Origin: a virus
Virus record (IMG/VR): IMGVR_UViG_3300042731_005759
Span: 64,001-128,000 of that record
Length of the DNA stretch: 64,000 bases
Direction: 5' to 3' (one strand)
The notes under the pieces are model-generated. The model saw only the letters and a program-made list of their open reading frames with translations, was not told the DNA's origin and did no database searches. Numbering within the stretch: position 1 is the first letter of the stretch; the number at the start of each line of letters is the position of its first letter. This document shows, one piece after another, positions 55,730-63,822 of the stretch. A program made the position numbers and the translations under genes.

Positions 55730-57136
55730 ATGGCACTTAGAAACGTAACATTAACAGGAACTACAATCGGGAGCGGAATCTCGAACGTAAGTATTTACCA
55801 CAGTTTTGTGGATCCGAGCAATTTAATACAGGCGGGAGTAACCAGTACACAATTGGCTAATGGTTACACCTTCCAAGATCAAGATTATAGATACACATAT
55901 TATGTTGTATCAGATTCTGCGTGTGGAACAAACACGAGAGTTGTTCTACCAAACGCACCAATAAGTACATTTACTGAAGGTCAAATCGTGGATATCAGTG
56001 ACAATGTTATAACACACGACATCACGGCAATAGGTAATACGATAACAGGTACTCAAAACGATTGGATGATTTTTACAGAATTTGGATCAACAAGCAACGG
56101 ACATATAGTTAGATCAGATGATAATGGACAGACTTGGATTAAAGAATCAAGTTCTTCTGCACCTGATAGAGCGATGGCATTTGTTAACAACAGTACCAAA
56201 TCAATCCAAGGTGGTGTATCTTATCCTGTATCCGTTGGTAGTTGGGCTTATAATGCTTATGGGTATTTTACATCAAATGGTGGTTCTAATTGGTCCCAAC
56301 AAAATTTAATGACTCGAGGTACTGTTAATAGTAGTGCATACAACTCAGGTTATGTTGGGTATTCTTTTCAAGATGTTCAGACAAGAACCACTGCTGAAGG
56401 GACTCAAAGAGATGGTCACAACAAATTTGTTTCCTATTTAGGGGCACAGTGGATGTCCACGACGGGACAGTATTTTTCAACAGACTATTCATACAGTCAG
56501 AAAAGTCATATTGATGAGTGGTTAAATAGTTCTAGCCCTGTAGCTACTTGGCAGAATCGTGATTCCAATGTTAGTGCATCAGGAGTTAGTCAATCTTTGA
56601 GAGGGTATGGGTGTAGACTAACTGATGAAACTGGTCTAGTGAAGATATTTGCAGGTGCATCAAGTGGTTATATGTTAAAAATAACGGTGGTTAATACCTT
56701 CACTGCGGTATCATCTGGTGAGTCAGGTACAAACCAATTAATAACTGCGGTTGGTCATAATCAAGAGGAACTCAACGAACATGGTCAGGATGGTTCTGAA
56801 ACTACATGGTTGGCAGCAATAGAAGACCCAAATCAAGCAGCTAACACACAGGAGTTTATTATGAGTACTGATGATGGTGATAATTGGGTTTCTTATACAG
56901 GAACTAATATGGACACGGATTATATATACGATATCAAATACATAAAAGGTAGATGGTATGCCGTTGGTAAGAAAGGAACCGAAGGTAGGATTTGTTCCAC
57001 TGCGGACTTAAACGATCCTTGGGAACAAATGGGTACAACAAAACCTTGTAAAACAATAGGTGTTGGTAGAGATATTGAAAACACAAAAATAATAATTGGT
57101 TGTGAAGAAGGATATATAGTACAGAATCAAGTTTAA
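55730..57136 (+). CDS. Shared N-domain plus BNR/Asp-box beta-propeller protein
   Basis: Asp-boxes RSDDNGQTW, TSNGGSNW and STDDGDNW; N-terminal IYHSFVDPSNLI...AGVTSTQL...CGTN. Confidence 0.7.
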   Translation: MALRNVTLTGTTIGSGISNVSIYHSFVDPSNLIQAGVTSTQLANGYTFQDQDYRYTYYVVSDSACGTNTRVVLPNAPISTFTEGQIVDISDNVITHDITAIGNTITGTQNDWMIFTEFGSTSNGHIVRSDDNGQTWIKESSSSAPDRAMAFVNNSTKSIQGGVSYPVSVGSWAYNAYGYFTSNGGSNWSQQNLMTRGTVNSSAYNSGYVGYSFQDVQTRTTAEGTQRDGHNKFVSYLGAQWMSTTGQYFSTDYSYSQKSHIDEWLNSSSPVATWQNRDSNVSASGVSQSLRGYGCRLTDETGLVKIFAGASSGYMLKITVVNTFTAVSSGESGTNQLITAVGHNQEELNEHGQDGSETTWLAAIEDPNQAANTQEFIMSTDDGDNWVSYTGTNMDTDYIYDIKYIKGRWYAVGKKGTEGRICSTADLNDPWEQMGTTKPCKTIGVGRDIENTKIIIGCEEGYIVQNQV

Positions 57137-57154
57137 ATTGTCTATAATTAAGAT

Positions 57155-59434
57155 ATGAGTTTTTTAAGTCAAAATAATGCAGAGTTTCTCTCAGCGAGGA
57201 TAACCCAAAAAGGAAGGAAATCTATTGCGGAAGGTAATTTCCAAATAAAGTTCTTTCAGATTGGTGATTCTGAATTTGACTACACAGCACCCTTTAATCG
57301 TTTAGATGGTATTCAAAATAATCCACAACAGAGTGTATTATCACCATTTGATAAAGACAGCCAAGTTAAATACCCGTATTTAATTGATACTGAGGGTACA
57401 ACAACATATGGTGTACCTATAATGGATTCAATCACTTCTACTATAAGAAATGGTATGGGTCCTGCGGGATTTATAACCGAATATAAACCATATGATGAAA
57501 CAGAATGTACAGGTACTACTGTGGAGTGTGCATCTATGAGATTACCATTAAATGGTTTTACAGGTACAAATGTTATCAGTTTCACAGAAACACAAGCTTA
57601 TTTGGATTGTAATAGTGGTTCACAAACTTCGATAGATACTAATAATTTATCTAGGTTTAATGGATGTGAATTCATTACAATTGTTTTTAATAATGAGTTT
57701 GTTAGTGAAGAACAAGTGGTCACAGGAAACTCCACAAGTAAGATATATAAAATAGTATCAATCAATACTGTAACAGGTACAACAACCACACCTCAATGTG
57801 ATAACGTAGTTACTGGTCAAACTACAATAACAATCGATAGACCAACACCTGATTTTTCAAATCACACAGGTTATGCAGAAGTTATCTGTAATAAATGTAA
57901 AATTGAACACCCATTAGAACCACAAACATCAACTGAATGTGTTTCGAGTCAAGTAGATCCGAGTGAACAACATGACCCATGGAAATTAAACGTTGTATGG
58001 AAAGAAAAACCAATCGGTGCTGATACTAATGGTATTGATGAAAGTTTAAGTGGATTCACAAGTAGTAAACATATATCCACAACAGAGTACTTAGGATATG
58101 GCTTATCTAATGGTCAGGTAACTAATACAGGTACTACATATTTTAATTCATATAGTGAAGAAATAACAGTAAAACCTGAAGAACAAAAATGTGTGGCAAT
58201 AGTACATTATAGTGAGTTAGGTCATATCTATGACGATCCCGATAGATTCTTTAAGTATGATGATTATATTGGTAGTTCAAATACTGAGGGTGTCTTAGTT
58301 GACGATGAAATTGTTACAGATGTTGAATTTTTTAATGTATATATTCCATTCATTTACTATGAAAATAGTACAGGAACAACAGTAGGTTCTGAATTTAAGA
58401 TGGACACTACTGATTATTATTTAGATTCAACTGTTGCGGGTACACCTGGTGATATTAGAACACAATATATAAAGTATAGGTATCTATTAGATGAGATAGG
58501 TAAAAAGGTAGGTAAAGTCTTCGTTGATAAAAAGATAATCGTATTCGATGACCAAGAATTGGTTTCATTATTAGAGTATCGTTCTAATAGGAGACACACC
58601 TTACCATCACCAAAAGTATATTCAATACCAAGTGAAAATTCTGCAGAAAACGCTTGTTTTGCGGGAACTACAGGACAAACGTATTGGGTAACTTACATGT
58701 TAACATATTCAGGTGACAAACAATTGAATGGTTTACCGTGTAATTACTTTACAAAAGTTGAGATAAATACAGAGGTTGATGGATGTGATATAACATATCC
58801 TTCTGATATTGCTTTCAAATTCGGAGGATCTTCAGACCATCCTAATGGGATAGGTTCTTTCCAACATCTAAAAACTGATTTATTAGATTCTACCGACGGA
58901 TATATTGCAGATACCTTTAAAGTTTTAATTCAAGAGACTACAAGTAATTCAGATTTACTACCAGATCCTAATCAATGGATTGAAATGGATTTTACATCTA
59001 AGATACCTAACCATACTGTTGGTAATTTAATTGATCCAACAAACTTAAGAGACCATAGTTTTACTATTTTACTTAGTGATATAGATGCGGGTTCTTTATT
59101 TGACCTTGAAGACTATTTGATTACAGGTACTAATAGTACAAATTATATTCCTGATGAACCATCAACAGATCCACAGTTTGGTGATGAACAACCATTCCCT
59201 GGTAGTGTAAAACTAGTAAGATCTTCAGACATAGAGGAATTAAGGTTCTTAGTCAATTTACCAAATACTCAATTTACAAATACACAGAATCCAACACACC
59301 ACAACGCGGCGACAAAAGTGGTTACTGAAGTGGCATTATTAGATCAAAATAAAAATGTTTTGATTAATGCTAAGACTTCCTCTCCGATTAAAAGAGTCGG
59401 TACCCAAGTATTTTCTGTAAAATTAGATTTTTAA
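57155..59434 (+). CDS. Tail fibre-attachment / collar-like structural protein
   Basis: N-terminal ARITQKGRKSIAEG.FQIKFFQIGD and C-terminal VTEVALLDQNKNVLINAK resemble the two halves of tail-collar fibre domains. Confidence 0.55.
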   Translation: MSFLSQNNAEFLSARITQKGRKSIAEGNFQIKFFQIGDSEFDYTAPFNRLDGIQNNPQQSVLSPFDKDSQVKYPYLIDTEGTTTYGVPIMDSITSTIRNGMGPAGFITEYKPYDETECTGTTVECASMRLPLNGFTGTNVISFTETQAYLDCNSGSQTSIDTNNLSRFNGCEFITIVFNNEFVSEEQVVTGNSTSKIYKIVSINTVTGTTTTPQCDNVVTGQTTITIDRPTPDFSNHTGYAEVICNKCKIEHPLEPQTSTECVSSQVDPSEQHDPWKLNVVWKEKPIGADTNGIDESLSGFTSSKHISTTEYLGYGLSNGQVTNTGTTYFNSYSEEITVKPEEQKCVAIVHYSELGHIYDDPDRFFKYDDYIGSSNTEGVLVDDEIVTDVEFFNVYIPFIYYENSTGTTVGSEFKMDTTDYYLDSTVAGTPGDIRTQYIKYRYLLDEIGKKVGKVFVDKKIIVFDDQELVSLLEYRSNRRHTLPSPKVYSIPSENSAENACFAGTTGQTYWVTYMLTYSGDKQLNGLPCNYFTKVEINTEVDGCDITYPSDIAFKFGGSSDHPNGIGSFQHLKTDLLDSTDGYIADTFKVLIQETTSNSDLLPDPNQWIEMDFTSKIPNHTVGNLIDPTNLRDHSFTILLSDIDAGSLFDLEDYLITGTNSTNYIPDEPSTDPQFGDEQPFPGSVKLVRSSDIEELRFLVNLPNTQFTNTQNPTHHNAATKVVTEVALLDQNKNVLINAKTSSPIKRVGTQVFSVKLDF

Positions 59435-59484
59435 GATTTACAATTAACTTTTTTTTGTCTATATATTAATTCATAAGTCATATT

Positions 59485-60090
59485 ATGGACAAAAAATTTA
59501 AAAACAAACCAAAAATTTTAGGTTTAGATATTTCAACCAAAACAATTGGGTGGGCTTTATTTGATATAACCGCATCACATCTTTTGGAACTGACACATTT
59601 CTCACCTAAAATTAAACCAAAACCTGAAGATAAGATTGAGGAATTACTTAAAAAGTCTGAGGCGTTTAGAAAACATTTAGAGAACTATAAAAATATCGGT
59701 ATAACAAAAATCATAATTGAGGAACCACTTCTAAATTCTAATAATGTCTACACAGTAGGAACATTACTTAGGTATAATAGTATGGTTTTAAAATCATGTT
59801 ATGATGTATTAGGGTTAGTACCAACATTTATATCCACATATAATGCAAGAAAGTTTGCGTTTCCTGACCTAGTCGGTGAAAATGCAAAGGGAAGAAATGT
59901 GTTATTTGGGGGTTATCCTAAAACAATCGATAAAAAACACGTTGTTTGGGAACACGTTAATGATCTCTTTCCTGAAGTTACATGGTTATACGCAAGAACA
60001 GGTAACCTTAAAAAAGAAAATTATGATATGAGTGATGCGGCAACTGCGGTTATTGGTTACGTAAATAAAATTAAAAGTGAAGATAACTAA
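59485..60090 (+). CDS. ruvC: RuvC-like Holliday junction resolvase
   Basis: ILGLDISTKTIGWA, IIIEEP and DMSDA acidic catalytic motifs. Confidence 0.8.
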   Translation: MDKKFKNKPKILGLDISTKTIGWALFDITASHLLELTHFSPKIKPKPEDKIEELLKKSEAFRKHLENYKNIGITKIIIEEPLLNSNNVYTVGTLLRYNSMVLKSCYDVLGLVPTFISTYNARKFAFPDLVGENAKGRNVLFGGYPKTIDKKHVVWEHVNDLFPEVTWLYARTGNLKKENYDMSDAATAVIGYVNKIKSEDN

Positions 60091-60099
60091 ACAAGGGAC

Positions 60100-60128
60100 T
60101 TTACTTTTTTAATTTAAATTCATATATT
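60100..60128 (+). promoter_or_regulatory. Putative promoter driving the structured RNA / primase leader
   Basis: TTTACT-N17-TATATT; the -10 region TATATTTA also resembles the Bacteroidota TAnnTTTG element. Confidence 0.4.
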
Positions 60129-60135
60129 TAATAAT

Positions 60136-60207
60136 AGGACGGGACGTGTAGAAATACACGTAAGGTTGGTAGTCCCTGGGATGTGGTGTTCTCAGGGACT
60201 TTTTTTT
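60136..60207 (+). ncRNA. ~70-nt structured RNA / attenuator: GAAA-tetraloop hairpin plus terminator hairpin
   Basis: ACGTGTA-GAAA-TACACGT (60144-60161), then AGTCCCTGGGA/TCTCAGGGACT stem (60171-60200) followed by T7. Confidence 0.55.
60171..60207 (+). terminator. Intrinsic terminator upstream of primase
   Basis: 11-bp stem (1 G-U pair), 8-nt loop, T-run. Confidence 0.75.
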
Positions 60208-60234
60208 GTCAAAAATTTTTCGTATACTTTTACT

Positions 60235-61173
60235 ATGACCACCAATGAAACAGACTTTTCTCCAATTATAGACGTTTTAGAAGACGTTTTTGGTGATTAT
60301 AAAAATCACAATGACTATAGAGGTCAAATATCTTTTGACTGCCCTGTATGTTCCTATGAAATAAAGGGGTTAGATGCGGGTGATGGAAAGGGAAATCTCG
60401 AAATAAACTATAAAATGTTTGTTTATAAGTGTTGGTCGTGTGCGGAAACTCACGACACACATGGACACTTATCTAAGTTGGTTAGAAAATATGGATCACC
60501 ACGACAGATTAAACAATTTTTCTTGTTTCTACCTGATGAATTCATACAGGAGAAACAACAATATAAAAAAGTAAAGTTACCTTACAGTTTTACTCCATTT
60601 TCAGAAGTAACTGAAGGACAAAAACTTACACATTATTATAAACAAGCGATTAGATACATAAACTCAAGGAATATAACACCTGAAATGTTAGAAAAATATA
60701 AAATTGGGTACTGTACCGAGGGTTTGTACGAGAATCGAATTGTCGTACCATCTTATGATGGAAACGACAATCTAAATTATTTTGTTGCGAGATCATATTT
60801 GAGTTATTCTAAATTAAAATATAGAAATCCACAAGCGGATAAAGAGAAATTGATTTGGAATGAACATTTAATAGATTGGGAAAAACCAATTTATTTAGTA
60901 GAGGGGGTATTTGATAGTCTATTTGTTGAAAATTCAATACCTCTATTGGGTAAATTCCTAAATAATAACTTGTTTGAAAAGTTATATGATAATGCGAAGA
61001 AAATCATCATCGTGTTAGATGGTGATGCGTGGGATGATGCCGAAAGATTATACCATAGAATAAACGGAGGTAAGTTAATGGGTAAAATATGGATCATTAA
61101 ACTACCAATCGATAATGATATTGCGGATTTGAGAGGAGATCTCTCCAAATATCAAGAAATACAATTAGATTAA
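60235..61173 (+). CDS. dnaG: DNA primase (Zn-finger plus TOPRIM; DnaG/T4 gp61-like)
   Basis: CPVC...CWSC zinc-binding domain, RIVVP, LVEGVFD and LDGDA TOPRIM motifs. ATG 60235 preferred. Confidence 0.85.
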   Translation: MTTNETDFSPIIDVLEDVFGDYKNHNDYRGQISFDCPVCSYEIKGLDAGDGKGNLEINYKMFVYKCWSCAETHDTHGHLSKLVRKYGSPRQIKQFFLFLPDEFIQEKQQYKKVKLPYSFTPFSEVTEGQKLTHYYKQAIRYINSRNITPEMLEKYKIGYCTEGLYENRIVVPSYDGNDNLNYFVARSYLSYSKLKYRNPQADKEKLIWNEHLIDWEKPIYLVEGVFDSLFVENSIPLLGKFLNNNLFEKLYDNAKKIIIVLDGDAWDDAERLYHRINGGKLMGKIWIIKLPIDNDIADLRGDLSKYQEIQLD

Positions 61174-62027
61174 TGAATTTAAAGGAAGAATCAGAGAAAA
61201 TTAGAAAGGTTTTAGATAGGAGACGAAAAGAACTCGACCTATCATTTATAGAGGAAGATCATTTATACTATATGAGAGGTAAAGAAGGTATAATTAGGTC
61301 TAATTACCCATCTGTTTCTAAAATTATCAAGAAATTTTACGAAGAGTTTGACGCTGAAGGTATCTCCTTAAGAATGGCGAAAGGTAACATACAAAGACAA
61401 AAGGAATTATTACAAGAATGGAAAGATAAAGGTACTTATGCGACTAATCAGGGTAGTAGAGTACACTATATACTTGAAAAGGTACTCATTGAACAGTATG
61501 GTGACTATAAAAACGTTAGGGAACCGATTTATCAATGTGATGATGAACAAATACAAAGAAGTGACAACATGATAAATGCGGGTAAAGACTTCTTGAAACT
61601 GATGCACGAAAGAAATGCAGTATTATTAGACACCGAGATCGTATTAGGTGATCCCGAGTTAGGTTATGTGGGTCAACCCGATAAAGTATGGTTAGTAGAA
61701 AATAAACAAGGTACTGATTACGGTATTTTGATAACAGATTGGAAAACAAATAAACCCGAAAACTTCAAAAAACAGAGATACACTAAAAAGATGTATTCTC
61801 CATTTGATAATATAGATAGTACTGCACTTGGACACTACTATTTACAACTACCATTTTATGGTAAACTACTTCTAAAAATGTTAGAAGGTACTGAATATGG
61901 TGATAAAAAATTATTAGGGAACATTGTAGTTCTTGTAAAAGAAGATGGTTCCTTTGAAGAGTATAAAGTCCCTGTTGAGGTAACTCAAAAGATACTTCTC
62001 ATGGACATGGATAAAATTTTAAAATAA
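61173..62027 (+). CDS. PD-(D/E)XK exonuclease (RecB/Cas4-like)
   Basis: PSVS, GSRVH, E...GQPD...ITDWKT and QL..Y motifs. Confidence 0.8.
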   Translation: MNLKEESEKIRKVLDRRRKELDLSFIEEDHLYYMRGKEGIIRSNYPSVSKIIKKFYEEFDAEGISLRMAKGNIQRQKELLQEWKDKGTYATNQGSRVHYILEKVLIEQYGDYKNVREPIYQCDDEQIQRSDNMINAGKDFLKLMHERNAVLLDTEIVLGDPELGYVGQPDKVWLVENKQGTDYGILITDWKTNKPENFKKQRYTKKMYSPFDNIDSTALGHYYLQLPFYGKLLLKMLEGTEYGDKKLLGNIVVLVKEDGSFEEYKVPVEVTQKILLMDMDKILK

Positions 62028-62470
62028 TGATTAGATACGAAGGTAAAAAAATAGGTTTCACGGCAGGAAATTTTGATCTGTTGCATCCTGGTTATATATA
62101 CACCTTTGAAACTGCGAAAGAACACTGTGATTGGTTTATTGTTTTTTTACAGAGAGACCCATCACTACATAGAAAAAGTAAATATAAACCAGTGATACCA
62201 GTCTATGAAAGATATAAAACTTTAATGTCGATAAAATATATTGATGAGGTTTTCATGTATCAAACTGAAGAAGAATTATTAGATCTAATTAAATTCTTTA
62301 AACCAGATGTTAGAATTTTAGGTGAAGACTACATAGGTAAAGATTTCACAGGTAAAGACTTACCGATTGAAGTGATTTATACAACTAGATCACACGATTG
62401 GTCAACAACGAAAATAAAAGATTTAATCACAAGACAAACGATTGAACAAAACCCAAATATTTTAAAATGA
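62027..62470 (+). CDS. Cytidylyltransferase-like protein (TagD/RfaE family), copy 1
   Basis: GFTAGNFDLLHPGY, ER...SIKYIDEV, LGEDY and SHDWSTTKIK motifs. Confidence 0.85.
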   Translation: MIRYEGKKIGFTAGNFDLLHPGYIYTFETAKEHCDWFIVFLQRDPSLHRKSKYKPVIPVYERYKTLMSIKYIDEVFMYQTEEELLDLIKFFKPDVRILGEDYIGKDFTGKDLPIEVIYTTRSHDWSTTKIKDLITRQTIEQNPNILK

Positions 62471-62895
62471 GTAAACCAAAAATAGGTGTTGTTGCGGGTA
62501 ATTTTGACATAATTCATCCAGGTTATATTGAGATGTTTAGGGAGTGTAGTCAACAATGCGAGGAATTTCATGTCTTATTACACACAGATCCTTCTATTGA
62601 AAGACCACATAAATTAAAACCAATATTGAGTGTTGAGGAAAGATTTAAAGTACTAATGTCTATTAGATACATAACTAATATACATATATATACATTTGAA
62701 AAGGAATTAGTAAAATTATTAGAGACAGTCAAACCTGATGTTAGATTTTTAGGTGATGATTATAGGGAGAAGAAGTTTACTGGTGATCATCTCGATATAC
62801 CTATCTATTATTTGAATAGAGATCATGGATGGAGTACAACTAAATTTAAAAAACTTATACACGATGAGTATAGAAGACAAGTGGAATCTGATTGA
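62467..62895 (+). CDS. Cytidylyltransferase-like protein (TagD/RfaE family), copy 2
   Basis: VAGNFDIIHPGY, ER...SIRYI, LGDDY and DHGWSTTKFK motifs. Confidence 0.85.
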   Translation: MSKPKIGVVAGNFDIIHPGYIEMFRECSQQCEEFHVLLHTDPSIERPHKLKPILSVEERFKVLMSIRYITNIHIYTFEKELVKLLETVKPDVRFLGDDYREKKFTGDHLDIPIYYLNRDHGWSTTKFKKLIHDEYRRQVESD

Positions 62896-63022
62896 CGAAA
62901 AACTTGGTGTTGTTTATAGTAATTTAGGTATTTGTTGTCAAGATTATTGTGATGCGGCAAGTGCAATACATAACTTAGAAGAAGTTATGGATTTATTAGT
63001 TGATATAAGAAAAGAAAAATGA
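62864..63022 (+). CDS. Small hypothetical protein
   Basis: ATG 62864 overlaps the upstream gene and the stop overlaps the next start (ATGA). Confidence 0.5.
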   Translation: MSIEDKWNLIDEKLGVVYSNLGICCQDYCDAASAIHNLEEVMDLLVDIRKEK

Positions 63023-63822
63023 TAAAGAAGATTATACATACGGCAGATATACACATTCGTAGGAATCAACACCACGAAAATTATCAAAAACAATTTGAGA
63101 AGTTTATCGAAGACGCGAAAGAAAAATTAAAAGATTATGATTACGATGAGGTTAGAGTCGTTATTGCGGGAGACCTTGTTCATGAGAAAATCAACATCTC
63201 AAATGAACAGTTAGTCGTTACCTCAAAATTCTTAAACGACATAACTAACGAGTTAGGTAAGGTCGTTATTATACCTGGTAATCATGATTTCTTGGAAAAC
63301 AATCATGAAAGAGTTGATAGTATCACACCTGTTGTAGATATGTTACAAAATGATAATATTATCTATTACAAAGATAGTGGTGTATATGAAGACGAAAACA
63401 TAAACTGGGTTGTATACTCATTATACCAACACAACCAAAGACCTAAGTTTGAGAAGGACGGTAAATTCTATGTTGGTTTATTTCATAGTCCAATTCAAGG
63501 GTTGGCGACAGACACTGGTTATGAGTTCGATGATGCATACTCACCTCTTAATTTTAGAGGATTAGACATACTTTTATGTGGTGATATACATAAAAGACAA
63601 GTATTTGAATTACCTGATGGTGGACAAGCTATTATGGTGGGATCGATGATACAACAAAATTTCGGTGAAACAGTAAATTATCATGGGTATGGTATTTATG
63701 ATGTAGAGACTAATGATTATGAGTTCGTTGATTTAGATAACGAACAACCATTTTTACATTTCTCCATAAACGACATCAAAGATATCGAAAATGAAACCGA
63801 AACACTCCTTAACCTTAAGTAA
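63019..63822 (+). CDS. SbcD/Mre11-like metallophosphoesterase nuclease (T4 gp47-like)
   Basis: HTADIH, AGDL, PGNHD, FH and GDIHKRQ phosphoesterase motifs. Confidence 0.85.
   Translation: MIKKIIHTADIHIRRNQHHENYQKQFEKFIEDAKEKLKDYDYDEVRVVIAGDLVHEKINISNEQLVVTSKFLNDITNELGKVVIIPGNHDFLENNHERVDSITPVVDMLQNDNIIYYKDSGVYEDENINWVVYSLYQHNQRPKFEKDGKFYVGLFHSPIQGLATDTGYEFDDAYSPLNFRGLDILLCGDIHKRQVFELPDGGQAIMVGSMIQQNFGETVNYHGYGIYDVETNDYEFVDLDNEQPFLHFSINDIKDIENETETLLNLK

Noticed and set aside
60166-60234. Longer N-termini from the ORF track (60166; also 7717, 9003, 13887, 18100, 62825)
   Set aside because: The extensions run through terminators, promoter motifs or upstream genes; downstream ATGs with A-rich leaders fit better.
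61173-62027. Cas4-like nuclease as part of a CRISPR system
   Set aside because: No Fe-S cysteine cluster, no array and no other cas genes; the context is a replication/recombination operon.
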